A stretch of 64,000 bases of DNA from Candidatus Binatia bacterium (GCA_963664395.2 OY761159.2:2336001-2400000); one strand, 5' to 3'; shown: positions 38,305 through 47,935, numbered from the stretch's first letter. The notes: generated by a model from the sequence alone, not told the origin. Made by a program: numbers and translations.

Positions 38305-39159
38305 TTAATGGGGACTGGGGGGACTGAAAGACGGGCGCGCGAAACGTCGGTCGAGTTCCTGCTTCGCCTGTTTTCTGAGCTGGATGCAATTTCCATAGCG
38401 CCAACCGGCCCTGAGCCAACTCCACACGCCCCCTTGCTGAAAAGGGTTCATGGCTTGGGCAAATCCCAGCACGCCGGATTGCGGCTTTTCGATTTGCAGC
38501 AAGGCCGGGAGATTTTCCAGCACCGGCCCTTCGAGCGTCACACGGGCGCCGGTTCTTGTGTTTTCCAACACCAGATTGAGCGCATAGTCCCCTTCCAGCC
38601 CTGGGATATCCTTCCCGTACAGGCGCAACTCGGGAGGGTGGCGGTGTTCTTTGTCCGCCTGCGGGTCGCGCTCCTCCGGTTCCACGAACCGCACCCAGTC
38701 CAGCTCTCCGGTGGTGGACAGCCGATACTCCTTCTCTCCGCCCTGATCGGACGCGACATGGACGTAGCGGGTGAGAACCGGTCCGGTGATTGCCTGCTGC
38801 GTCTTCACGGCGACCAACTGCAAAGCCAGTCCGAACGGGTCGCCGTACCACTCGGACGGAAGCGCCAGCCGCTTCTTCTCAATGAGAAGAGAAATGCCAT
38901 TCGGCCCGGGTGGCCCGGCGATCCAGCCCACATGTACGTTGGCCAGCACGAGCGCTTCGTACCGGTCATCCGGCGAACGTTTCTCGAAGAAGGCGTATGC
39001 CTGCCGATACGCGCCGTAGCCGTGGCCGAGTTCGGAGCAGAGATGATCAAAACGCAGTGGGTGATCCCGGTCGAAGACCGCCGGCCCCACATATTGCTGG
39101 CCCAAAGCGATACTTGCAGACAATATGAACAAAGCCGTGATGGTAATAATCTTGGGCAT
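38305..39159 (-). CDS. Hypothetical secreted protein (~284 aa)
   Basis: MPKIITITALFILSASIALG signal peptide. No recognised domain. Confidence 0.55.
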   Translation of the reverse strand: MPKIITITALFILSASIALGQQYVGPAVFDRDHPLRFDHLCSELGHGYGAYRQAYAFFEKRSPDDRYEALVLANVHVGWIAGPPGPNGISLLIEKKRLALPSEWYGDPFGLALQLVAVKTQQAITGPVLTRYVHVASDQGGEKEYRLSTTGELDWVRFVEPEERDPQADKEHRHPPELRLYGKDIPGLEGDYALNLVLENTRTGARVTLEGPVLENLPALLQIEKPQSGVLGFAQAMNPFQQGGVWSWLRAGWRYGNCIQLRKQAKQELDRRFARPSFSPPSPH

Positions 39160-39269
39160 AGTGTGCGGCGGGCAGGGTGCGAACCCTACGCTTGAATTTT
39201 CCAGGTCTGTATCTATTTGTACAGGCGTTCGGACTGGAACTGAACCCACTTTCTGCGAGAAATCAACGT

Positions 39270-40514
39270 CTAGGGTTTTGCCAGTCTCTCTCCCTCTAAG
39301 GAATCGACTCGGCGTAACTGCGGAAAGATGCGGACCCATAGACCAACAACGGCCAGGGTGCCGAGTCCGCCCAGCACCACTGCGGGCACAACCCCAAGCC
39401 AGGCCGCGGTGACGCCAGACTCAAATTCTCCGAGTTCGTTTGACGCGCCAATAAAGACCGACTCGACCGCACTGACCCGGCCGCGCATCTCGTCCGGCGT
39501 TTTCACTAACACCAGGACCCGCCGAATGACGACGCTGATCATGTCTGACGCGCCCAGGATCGTCAGGACCAGCAGCGACAGCCAGAGATTGTGAGACAGC
39601 CCAAAGACGACGATGGACAGCCCGAAGACCCCGACCGCCCACAGAAGAATCGCGCCCGCATGCCGCTGAATGGGCCGGCGGGCGATGAGCAGCGCCATGA
39701 CCAGCGCCCCAACTGCCGGAGCGCTTCTCAGCAGCCCGAGCCCCCAGGGACCAACATGCAGAATATCCCGCGCATAGACCGGCAGCAGGGCGGTTGCTCC
39801 GCCCAACAGGACGGCAAACAGGTCGAGTGATACGGCACCCAGGACAACCGGCTGGCCCCGGATAAAAGAAATTCCAGCCACAACAGACTCCCAGGTGGCC
39901 GCCTTCTGCTCTCTCTCACGTTGCTCAATACGGATGGTGCTCACTAAAAAAACGGAAAGAAGAAACATCAGGATACAGCACCCATACACCGTCTCCGGTC
40001 CAATGGCGTAGAGCAGCCCGCCGATGGCCGGGCCGACAATGGTCGCGACCTGCCAGGCGGACGAGCTCCAGGCCGCGGCATTGGTAAAGAGGCGCGGTGG
40101 CACGAGATTGGGCATCAGGGCGACAGAGGCCGGAAACTCAAAGGCGCGCGCCGTCCCGAACAGGACGAGTACGCCAAAGAGGAAGAGCGTATTTGTTCCG
40201 CCTTGCAGCGTAAACGTCAAAAAGAGCACGGCGCACAGCGCCTCAACAATAATGCACAGCGCCATCACGGTTCGTCGGTCATACCGATCAGCGACGTGAC
40301 CGGTAATCAGCGCCAGGCCGAGCGATGGGAGAAATTGCGCCAGGCCGACCAGGCCGAGGTCGAGCGGCCTGCGCGTCAGATCATAGACCTGCCAGCCAAT
40401 GGCCACCGCCTGCATTTGAATGGCCAGGGTGACACACAGCCGGGCGCTCCAATAGCGTTGGAAGCTGGGGTAGGTAAAGGTAGATTCTGAAGGATAGGCT
40501 GTCCGTTGTTCCAA
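39270..40514 (-). CDS. MFS transporter
   Basis: About 12 TMs, GHVADRYDRR, LDLFAVLLGG and MRGRV. Confidence 0.92.
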   Translation of the reverse strand: MEQRTAYPSESTFTYPSFQRYWSARLCVTLAIQMQAVAIGWQVYDLTRRPLDLGLVGLAQFLPSLGLALITGHVADRYDRRTVMALCIIVEALCAVLFLTFTLQGGTNTLFLFGVLVLFGTARAFEFPASVALMPNLVPPRLFTNAAAWSSSAWQVATIVGPAIGGLLYAIGPETVYGCCILMFLLSVFLVSTIRIEQREREQKAATWESVVAGISFIRGQPVVLGAVSLDLFAVLLGGATALLPVYARDILHVGPWGLGLLRSAPAVGALVMALLIARRPIQRHAGAILLWAVGVFGLSIVVFGLSHNLWLSLLVLTILGASDMISVVIRRVLVLVKTPDEMRGRVSAVESVFIGASNELGEFESGVTAAWLGVVPAVVLGGLGTLAVVGLWVRIFPQLRRVDSLEGERLAKP

Positions 40515-40667
40515 AAAATCCGCCTGTCCTCAATATACGGTAAACTCCATAGCGGTTGCACTCGGTCTCGAAAAAAGAGGAGTGTAGACACGAACGGAGA
40601 GAGCGTCAATGAAGCCGGCGCTTGGCGACTGGACTCGCTCAGGGCATAGTAACAAGCATGTTTCAGA

Positions 40668-40720
40668 AAAGAATAAACGCGCCCTCCAAACAGACAAAGC
40701 TGTTGGCGTGTTTATTCTTT
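40668..40720. repeat. ~54-bp inverted-repeat element, copy 4
   Basis: aaagaataaacgcgcc ctccaaacagacaaagctgtt ggcgtgtttattcttt. Confidence 0.88.
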
Positions 40721-40740
40721 TAACCGGAAGAGGGGATTCC

Positions 40741-41526
40741 ATGTCAGAACCAGTCCTAGTGGTTGAGAAAATCGATGGTCTCGCAACCCTGACCTTAAAC
40801 CGCCCAAAGGCGATGAATGCCTTGTCTCGTGCACTCCGGCTCGAAATTGTCAGAGCCTTTGAGTCGTTGCAAAGCGACTCGGATACCCATGTCGTTATTT
40901 TGACCGGAGCCGGTCGGGCGTTCTGTGCGGGCATGGACCTCAAAGAGCTGAGCCGGACGAGTGCACCCTTAAAAGAACCGGAACCGACAACGGGCAGTAT
41001 GGATGTGGTTCGGGTCATGGAAGCGTTTGACCGGCCCATTATTGGTGCAATCAACGGCTTTGCCATTACTGGTGGATTTGAGTTGGCCCTGGCCTGCGAT
41101 GTGTTGATTGCGTCCAGCGACGCGCGTTTTGCCGATACGCATGCCCGAATGGGGGTGATGCCGGGTTGGGGCCTGAGTCAAAAACTCTCGCGGGTGATTG
41201 GTATTTACCGCGCGCGGGAGTTGTCTCTGACCGGAAACTATCTGTCCGCAGAACAAGCTGAAGCGTGGGGACTGGTGAACCGGGTTGTTGCGCCCGACGA
41301 ATTGCTGCCTCACTGTCAAGCCTTGGCAAAAGATATGCTGTCGTGTCTGCCCGAAATGCTGCGCAACATGAAGCGCGTGATTAACGAAGGCTACGCCCGG
41401 ACGCTCAACGACGGGCTCCAACTCGAATCAACCGCCTGGCGTGAACAGGTCCGTGGAGTCACTCCAGAGGCGATTGCCACCAGGGTAGAGGGGGTGAAAC
41501 AGCGGGGCCGGACGCAGACAGGGTAG
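40741..41526 (+). CDS. Enoyl-CoA hydratase/isomerase family protein
   Basis: LNRPKAMNAL, FCAGMDL, GFAITGGFE and FADTHAR. Confidence 0.92.
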   Translation: MSEPVLVVEKIDGLATLTLNRPKAMNALSRALRLEIVRAFESLQSDSDTHVVILTGAGRAFCAGMDLKELSRTSAPLKEPEPTTGSMDVVRVMEAFDRPIIGAINGFAITGGFELALACDVLIASSDARFADTHARMGVMPGWGLSQKLSRVIGIYRARELSLTGNYLSAEQAEAWGLVNRVVAPDELLPHCQALAKDMLSCLPEMLRNMKRVINEGYARTLNDGLQLESTAWREQVRGVTPEAIATRVEGVKQRGRTQTG

Positions 41527-41533
41527 ATACGCC

Positions 41534-41557
41534 GGGCGGACACGGGGGTCCGCCCCT
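41534..41557. repeat. Short REP-like hairpin between convergent genes
   Basis: gggcggac-acgggg-gtccgccc. Confidence 0.55.
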
Positions 41558-41561
41558 GCAG

Positions 41562-42437
41562 CTAGACCCGCCCAATAACCGTGTCCCCAATCTCTTTGAC
41601 GTAATCCGTAATTTCCGTCTCAGTGGCGTTGAGTGTGAACAGTGCGTCACCTTTGGGCGGGAAGAGTGAAATCAAACGATCGACGCCCAGGTCGGCAAAA
41701 CGTTTGGCCGCGTCGAGATTGATCCGTCCAACTGGAGTGACGCTGATTTCCAGCTTGCCCAGTCCGCTCGGTCGGTCGTTTTGCTCCTGTGCGGCCCTCA
41801 GGCCATCAAGGCATTTTTTGGTTCCATCGACATCGAGGGCAAAGCCGTACCAGCCGTCGCCATGCGTCACGGACCGCTGGAACGCCTGGGGTGTCATGCC
41901 GCCAAAAACAACCGGCGGGCCGGGCTGTTGGACCGGCTTGGGGAATGCCTTGACTCCACTAAAAGAGGCAAACTGTCCTTGGTAGGATGGATTGTCCTGA
42001 CTCCAAATTGCCCGCATGGCCTCAACGTAATCGAGCGTGCGCGGTCCTTTATGACTGAACGGGGCTCCGAGGGCGTCAAATTCCGGCCTGAGATAGCCAA
42101 TGCCGACGCCAAAGATCAGACGTCCATTTGACAGGACATCCAGGCTGGCCATCTCTTTTGCCAGCACCAGCGGATTACGCTGCGGCAGGATAATAATGCC
42201 GGTTCCCATGCGGATGGTTTTGGTCTGACCGGCCAGAAAGGCAAAGGAAATATTGGGGTCGAGCATGGGATAGGTTGGCGGCAAGGGCGAAGGCGGCTGC
42301 TGTGGGTCCGGCAACACAACATGCTCGCCCGCCCAGACGGATTCAAACCCCGCAGCCTCGGCTGCCTGCGCTATCCGTGCTGATGCGTCCGGCGTACTGC
42401 ACGGTCCCATATTGATACCAAAGAGTCCGAGTTTCAT
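41562..42437 (-). CDS. LLM-class, probably F420-dependent oxidoreductase (TIGR03619-like)
   Basis: GFESVWAGEHV, LPQRNP.VLAK, LDVLSNGR and PKPVQ. Confidence 0.87.
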   Translation of the reverse strand: MKLGLFGINMGPCSTPDASARIAQAAEAAGFESVWAGEHVVLPDPQQPPSPLPPTYPMLDPNISFAFLAGQTKTIRMGTGIIILPQRNPLVLAKEMASLDVLSNGRLIFGVGIGYLRPEFDALGAPFSHKGPRTLDYVEAMRAIWSQDNPSYQGQFASFSGVKAFPKPVQQPGPPVVFGGMTPQAFQRSVTHGDGWYGFALDVDGTKKCLDGLRAAQEQNDRPSGLGKLEISVTPVGRINLDAAKRFADLGVDRLISLFPPKGDALFTLNATETEITDYVKEIGDTVIGRV

Positions 42438-42463
42438 GTCTTCCCTCCTTAGACCACGCCGCG

Positions 42464-43336
42464 TTATCTCTCCGGCGCTAACGTTTCAATCGCCCGCTCG
42501 TCCGGTACCATACCACCCTTGGGGCTCAGCGGCATGATACACACGTGTGACGCCCCGGCCTCATAATAGGCAGCAATCCGCTCGCGAATTTTTGCCGCGT
42601 CTCCCCAGGCAATGACCGCGTCCACGAGTCGGTCACTGCCGCCGTTTGCCGTGTCGGCGTCGGTAAAACCGACTTCTTTGAAGCGTTGGACGTAGTGATC
42701 GATTTGGAGATAGGTCTGCATATAACTGCGGGCGGCGGCGCGGGCTGTATCCGCGTCCGACTCCAGCATGACGCCCAACTCGGCACACAGCCACGGTTCC
42801 GGTCCGAGTGCCTTTCGGATTGCCGTAATCTGTTCAATCACCGTGAAATAGGTATGCGTCCCCTGGGTCTGCGTTGCGGCCAGGGCAAGCATCTTGGGCA
42901 TCATCCCGGCCAGCACGACAGGCGGGTCGTTTTGCGGGGCTGGTGCGGCGTACGGTACGGCTTTCATCTTGGTCAGATATTCGCGCGTGAAGCTGAGGGG
43001 CTTGCCATACGGAATGCCGCGCCGGGCGTTGCCCTGCGCATTACTCACGCCCAGGCCGAGCACAAAGCGGTCGCCGTATAACTCGGCGAGCGTCCGGGTG
43101 GCATTGGCAATCGCAATCGGCTCATACGCATAGGTCACCACAATACCGGTGGCGATGACCAGACGCTCGGTTTGGCTCAGCAGATAGGAGGCAAACGAAA
43201 AGCTTTCGCGGCCCAGGGTCTCGGGAAACCACAGGGCGCTATAGCCGAGCTGTTCGACTTTACGGGCGAGCTGGCCGGTCTGTTCGCCGGTGAGGCCATC
43301 CAGAAAGGTAAAAACGCCGGGAGGCTGGAGGTCCAT
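42464..43336 (-). CDS. LLM-class, probably F420-dependent oxidoreductase (TIGR03620-like)
   Basis: LGYSALWFPE..GRE, IATGI, RFVLGLGVS and GGSDRLVDAVIAWG. Confidence 0.85.
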   Translation of the reverse strand: MDLQPPGVFTFLDGLTGEQTGQLARKVEQLGYSALWFPETLGRESFSFASYLLSQTERLVIATGIVVTYAYEPIAIANATRTLAELYGDRFVLGLGVSNAQGNARRGIPYGKPLSFTREYLTKMKAVPYAAPAPQNDPPVVLAGMMPKMLALAATQTQGTHTYFTVIEQITAIRKALGPEPWLCAELGVMLESDADTARAAARSYMQTYLQIDHYVQRFKEVGFTDADTANGGSDRLVDAVIAWGDAAKIRERIAAYYEAGASHVCIMPLSPKGGMVPDERAIETLAPER

Positions 43337-43352
43337 ATAATGCTCCTGTGGA

Positions 43353-44378
43353 CTAGCGAAAGGCCGGAATAACTTTGCTGGTAAACAGCTCCAGATGGGG
43401 CTGAATCCAGCTTGCCGGCAGACCCGGCGGGAGCGTCCACGAATAATAATGCGTCAGCGGGGTCTCTAGGGCATAGTCACGGATCATCTGAATGCAGGTG
43501 TTCACATCTACTACCTGAAACAGGCCCGATTCACGTAATGCCGCTGTATCCGGCACCTTTGGAAACAGGGGCATGCCGGCCTTTTCCGACCACTCGGCAT
43601 AGGCGTTGACCTGATAGCGGACGTGTTCGGCGGCTTCGTTCCAGGTCTTGTCCGGGTCTTCGGACGGAATCAGCCAGAAATAGCCACCCGCGAGGCGAAT
43701 ATCCGTGGTGGACTTCCCGACTTTCTCCAGGGCGGTCACATAGCGTTCATACGCCTCTTTCAGCGGGCCGACGCCGATGTAGCCGTCGCCATATTTTGCC
43801 GCCCGGCGGAGTGCCGGTGGGGTGAAGCCGCCGACCCAAATCGGTGGCCGGGGTTGCTGAATCGGCTCCGGGGTGAGTTTGGCTTTGGTCACCGTGTAAT
43901 ATTTCCCCTCAAACGTCAGGGTTTCGCCCTCCCACAGGCGCCGAATGATTTCGAGGCCCTCATTCGTGCGGGCGCCGCGTTCTTTGCTCGAAACCGCGAA
44001 GCTCTCAAACTCCTCGACTTTATACCCAACGCCCACACCTAGCTCGAACCGGCCACCCGAAATCACGTCCACCGTAGCGGCATCTTCAGCCAGTCGGACC
44101 GGGTTGTGAAAAGGCAGCAGCACCACACTCGTCCCGATATGGATTTTCTTGGTCCGAGAGGCAATCGCGGCGGCAATCGGCATCAGCGCGGGAGAATAGC
44201 CATCTTCGATAAAGTGGTGCTCGGACAGCCAGATATCGTCAAAGCCGTTCTCCTCTCCCCATACGATCTGATCGATGATTTCGTTGTAGAGTTGGTCATA
44301 GGGACGTTTCCAGGCGGGCGGGTTGCGAAAGTCGTACCACATGCCAAAGCGAATTTTCGGATTTCCATTTTCACTCAT
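43353..44378 (-). CDS. LLM-class flavin-dependent oxidoreductase
   Basis: GFDDIWLSEHHF, HNPVRLAEDAATVD.ISGGR and PPIWVGG. Confidence 0.88.
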   Translation of the reverse strand: MSENGNPKIRFGMWYDFRNPPAWKRPYDQLYNEIIDQIVWGEENGFDDIWLSEHHFIEDGYSPALMPIAAAIASRTKKIHIGTSVVLLPFHNPVRLAEDAATVDVISGGRFELGVGVGYKVEEFESFAVSSKERGARTNEGLEIIRRLWEGETLTFEGKYYTVTKAKLTPEPIQQPRPPIWVGGFTPPALRRAAKYGDGYIGVGPLKEAYERYVTALEKVGKSTTDIRLAGGYFWLIPSEDPDKTWNEAAEHVRYQVNAYAEWSEKAGMPLFPKVPDTAALRESGLFQVVDVNTCIQMIRDYALETPLTHYYSWTLPPGLPASWIQPHLELFTSKVIPAFR

Positions 44379-44604
44379 CGGACTGTCCTCCTTGTGCAAT
44401 CGACGCTGCATCTTATGGTCTCAGTTTGAAAATGGAAAGCGGACGCTGCTACAATTGATTCGTCAGGTAGCGTCTCTTCGCTCTGGAGAATCCCGGGCCT
44501 TCCCGCCTAGTTGACGGGTCGCGGGGTTCTATGTATAGCAAACGGGTTTCACGAGAGAAGAGCGCTGGAGAGAAGACGCTCTCTCTCCTTGGGAAAGGTA
44601 TGGC

Positions 44605-46017
44605 ATGACGGATCAGATTGGCTCTGAAACAAACCCCCTCCGCGTCGCTATTTTTGGCTCGGGACCGGCCGGATTCTACGCTGTTGGCGAACTGCTTCGG
44701 CAAAAAGATATTGCTGTTCGGGTTGACCTGTTTGACCGCCTGCCGACTCCCTATGGGTTGGTCCGGGGCGGCGTGGCACCGGATCATCAAAAAATTAAAG
44801 CGGTCATTCGACAGTACGAGAAATTTGCCAATCGGCCCGGCTTTCGCTTTTTCGGAAACGTGATCTTTGGTGAAGATCTCCGGCTGGCCGACACCCTGGC
44901 CCACTACCATCAAGTCCTGTTTTCGACCGGAGCGGAATCCGACCGGCAGCTCGGCATTCCGGGGGAAGACCTGGCCGGCAGCGACCCGGCGACGATCTTT
45001 GTCGGCTGGTATAACGGGCACCCTGATTGCCGCGATCTCAACTACGATCTGAGCGAGGTCGAACGTGTCGCCGTAATCGGAAACGGCAATGTGGCCATGG
45101 ATGTCGCCCGTATTCTGGCCCGCTCTATTGAAGAACTCTCAAAAACGGATATCGCCGACTATGCGCTCGGAGCGCTCAAGAAAAGTGCGGTCAAGGAGAT
45201 CTATCTGCTGGGCCGACGGGGGCCGGCGCAAGCGGCTTTTACCAACCCCGAGATTCGGGAACTGGCGAAAATGCCGATCACCGACCTGGTCGTCGAGCCG
45301 AAAGACCTCGAACTCGACGAGGCGAATGCCGAGTTCCTGGCGCAGGCCACAGAGCCGGTGCATCGGCGCAATATGGATATCCTGACGGCCCAGATTCCCA
45401 AGGGCGAGGGAACGGCCCCCAGGAAGATTCGGGCGCGATTTTTTGTTTCTCCGGTCGAACTTTACGGGACCGATCATGTTGAGGGTATGAGGCTCGAAAA
45501 AAACCGTCTGGTGAAGGATGATAGCGGGACGCTGCGCGCGCGCGGAACCGGAGAATACGAGGAGCTGCCGAATATTCATATGGTCTTTCGCTCCATAGGC
45601 TATAAGGGCCATCCGCTGAAAGACGTTCCGTTTGACGAGCGCGCCGGGATTATTCCGAATCAAACCGGTCGGATCATCGACCCGGAAACACAGGCGCCTA
45701 TTGAGCGGCTGTATGTTGCCGGCTGGATCAAGCGTGGGCCGTCTGGAGTGGTGGGTACGAATAAGCCGGACTCGATTGAAACCGTCGGGCTCATGCTGGA
45801 AGACCTGCAACAGGGTAAAGTGCCCAATACTATCCACGCCAGCGAAGAGGCAATTTCTGCTCTGCTGGCGGAGAAGGGTGTCCGCTACGTCTCTTTTGCT
45901 GACTGGAAATATCTGGATCAGATAGAAGTCGAGAACGGGAAAAAAGTGGGCAAGCCGCGTGAGAAGATGACGACCGTCGCGGAGATGCTGACCGCACTCG
46001 ACGCCAGAGGGGCATAG
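44605..46017 (+). CDS. Ferredoxin--NADP+ reductase, FprA/adrenodoxin-reductase type
   Basis: GSGPAG, PYGLVRGGVAPDH, FVGWYNGHP, IGNGNVAMD, GRRGP and GWIKRGPSG. Confidence 0.92.
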   Translation: MTDQIGSETNPLRVAIFGSGPAGFYAVGELLRQKDIAVRVDLFDRLPTPYGLVRGGVAPDHQKIKAVIRQYEKFANRPGFRFFGNVIFGEDLRLADTLAHYHQVLFSTGAESDRQLGIPGEDLAGSDPATIFVGWYNGHPDCRDLNYDLSEVERVAVIGNGNVAMDVARILARSIEELSKTDIADYALGALKKSAVKEIYLLGRRGPAQAAFTNPEIRELAKMPITDLVVEPKDLELDEANAEFLAQATEPVHRRNMDILTAQIPKGEGTAPRKIRARFFVSPVELYGTDHVEGMRLEKNRLVKDDSGTLRARGTGEYEELPNIHMVFRSIGYKGHPLKDVPFDERAGIIPNQTGRIIDPETQAPIERLYVAGWIKRGPSGVVGTNKPDSIETVGLMLEDLQQGKVPNTIHASEEAISALLAEKGVRYVSFADWKYLDQIEVENGKKVGKPREKMTTVAEMLTALDARGA

Positions 46018-46057
46018 TGCTTTTCAGTACGATTCATAACAAAAAGGAGCAGGCCGC

Positions 46058-47035
46058 ATGAAAGCTATTCGTATACACGAGTTTGGTGATCCGGAGGTGT
46101 TGCAGCTCGAAGAGGTCGCGGACCTGACCCCTGGGGCGGGTCAGGTCGTGGTGCGCATGCACGCGGTCGGCGTCAATCCGGTTGAGACCTATATTCGGTC
46201 CGGCATCTATCCCAAACCGCCCACGCCGTTCACGCCTGGTTCGGACGGGGCCGGTGTGGTCGAGGCTGTGGGCGAGGGGGTAGACCGGGTTGCCGTGGGC
46301 GACCGGGTGTATCTGGCCGGTTCTCTCAGCGGCACGTATGCCGAACAGGCGTTGTGCAAACAGGAGCAGGTGCATCCGCTGGGCGAGCAGGCGTCGTTCG
46401 CCCAAGGAGCTGCGGTTTTTGTGCCCTATGCTACTGCCTATCAGGCACTCTTCCACTGTGGTCATGCCGCACCTGGCGAAACGCTTTTTGTACATGGGGC
46501 CAGTGGTGGGGTAGGCATCGCCGGGGTACAGCTCGGCCGGGCCGCCGGCATGACGGTGATCGGAACCGCGAGTACGGAACGCGGGCGTCGGCTCGTGTCC
46601 GAACAAGGCGCGCAGCATGTTCTCGATCATAGTGCCGTGTCGTATCTGGAAGAGGTGAAGACCCTGACGGGTGAGCGGGGCGTTGATGTTATTTTGGAGA
46701 TGCTGGCCAACGTCAATCTCGCCAAGGATATCGACCTGCTCGCCATGCGCGGACGGGTGGTTGTCATCGGCAATCGGGGCGAGAAGAACCAGGGCACGAT
46801 CGAGATCAATCCCCGGGCGGCCATGATGCGGGACGCCGCCATCATCGGCATGACCTTACGCAACGCCACGCCGCAGGATCATGTTCGTATCCACTCAGCC
46901 CTTGTGGCCGGTCTGGCAAACGGCACGCTGCGGCCCGTAATCGGACAGGAACTCCCTCTGGCCGAAGCCGCCCAGGCCCACCGCGCCGTAAGCGGGACAG
47001 GCAAAGCCTACGGGAAGGTGGTGCTGATACCGTAG
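46058..47035 (+). CDS. NADPH:quinone reductase (zeta-crystallin-like MDR)
   Basis: GVNPVE, PGSDGAG, HGASGGVG and GKVVL. Confidence 0.92.
   Translation: MKAIRIHEFGDPEVLQLEEVADLTPGAGQVVVRMHAVGVNPVETYIRSGIYPKPPTPFTPGSDGAGVVEAVGEGVDRVAVGDRVYLAGSLSGTYAEQALCKQEQVHPLGEQASFAQGAAVFVPYATAYQALFHCGHAAPGETLFVHGASGGVGIAGVQLGRAAGMTVIGTASTERGRRLVSEQGAQHVLDHSAVSYLEEVKTLTGERGVDVILEMLANVNLAKDIDLLAMRGRVVVIGNRGEKNQGTIEINPRAAMMRDAAIIGMTLRNATPQDHVRIHSALVAGLANGTLRPVIGQELPLAEAAQAHRAVSGTGKAYGKVVLIP
46972..47035 (+). repeat. 64-bp direct repeat, left copy (3' end of the quinone reductase gene)
   Basis: 61/64 identical to 47847-47910 by manual alignment. Confidence 0.92.
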
Positions 47036-47151
47036 AGCGGCGCCTCATCTTTCCCATCCGTCGCCTCACTAGCTGGCTAACGACACCCTCAATGACAGCC
47101 TGAAACGGAGAATTTCAGGGATGACCATATAGGCTTGCCCTAGGCGAATTT

Positions 47152-47174
47152 GCTATATACCCTGTGTATATAGC
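47152..47174. promoter_or_regulatory. Probable VapBC operator
   Basis: Perfect palindrome GCTATATAC-CCTGT-GTATATAGC just upstream of the vapB RBS (AGGAGG). Confidence 0.75.
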
Positions 47175-47191
47175 TCAGGAGGGTGTTTTCA

Positions 47192-47425
47192 ATGCCTATT
47201 GGTTCTGTATTTGTTAATAACCGTACCCAGGCGGTCCGGTTACCCGCCGATACTCGTTTTCCGGACGAAGTGAAACAAGTCAATGTTCGCGTTGTCGGGA
47301 AGGATAGGGTGTTATCTCCCGTGGATAGCGCATGGGACAGCTTCTTTTTCTCTGAAGAGCGTGTGAGCGATGATTTTCTGGAAGAACGGGCGTCCCACGA
47401 GCAAGCTGAGCGGGAAGCCTTTTGA
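47192..47425 (+). CDS. vapB: Antitoxin VapB (AbrB-type)
   Basis: SVFVNNRTQAVRLP, WDSFF and DDFLEER..QAERE. Confidence 0.93.
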   Translation: MPIGSVFVNNRTQAVRLPADTRFPDEVKQVNVRVVGKDRVLSPVDSAWDSFFFSEERVSDDFLEERASHEQAEREAF

Positions 47426-47829
47426 TGTTGAAATACATGCTCGATACCAATATTGCCATTTATGTTATCAAGCGCCGCCCGATAGACGCCCTGGATGCCT
47501 TTAACCGGCACGCCGGCCAGTTGTGTATCAGCTCAATCACGCTGGCTGAGTTGATGCACGGCGTAGAAAAAAGTGCCAGACCCGATCACAACCTGCGGCA
47601 GGTTGAAGACTTTGTTTCCCGTTTGGTTGTGCTTGAGTATGGGCATAAGGCGGCTGCCCATTACGGAGATATCCGGGCAGCGCTGGAACGGAAGGGGAGG
47701 CCCATCGGCGTAAACGATTTACATATAGCGGGTCACTCTCGAAGCGAAGGATTAACCCTGGTCACCAATAATCTGAAGGAGTTTGAGCGGGTGGAATGCC
47801 TGCGGCTGGAGAATTGGCTTTCATCTTGA
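47425..47829 (+). CDS. vapC: PIN-domain toxin VapC (enteric VapC-like)
   Basis: YMLDTNI, SSITLAEL, IGVNDLHIAGH and LVTNN..EF. TGATG overlap with vapB. Confidence 0.95.
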   Translation: MLKYMLDTNIAIYVIKRRPIDALDAFNRHAGQLCISSITLAELMHGVEKSARPDHNLRQVEDFVSRLVVLEYGHKAAAHYGDIRAALERKGRPIGVNDLHIAGHSRSEGLTLVTNNLKEFERVECLRLENWLSS

Positions 47830-47846
47830 GGATAAAAAATCCAAGT

Positions 47847-47910
47847 CCAGGCCCACCGCGCCGTAAGCGGGGCGGGCAAAGCCTACGGGAAGGTGGTGCT
47901 GACACCGTAG
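47847..47910 (+). repeat. 64-bp direct repeat, right copy
   Basis: Duplicate of 46972-47035 with 3 substitutions. Confidence 0.92.
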
Positions 47911-47935
47911 CGCTACGCCCCTTTCTACTCAGGCT

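Noticed and set aside
7328-40720. The 54-bp repeats as a CRISPR array or integron attC sites
   Set aside because: The copies are kilobases apart with no spacer periodicity. No cas or integron integrase gene is present, and they lie within core gene runs, not around cassettes.
27840-47000. A tRNA-anchored genomic island
   Set aside because: There is no integrase, and I saw no duplicated tRNA 3' end in the window.
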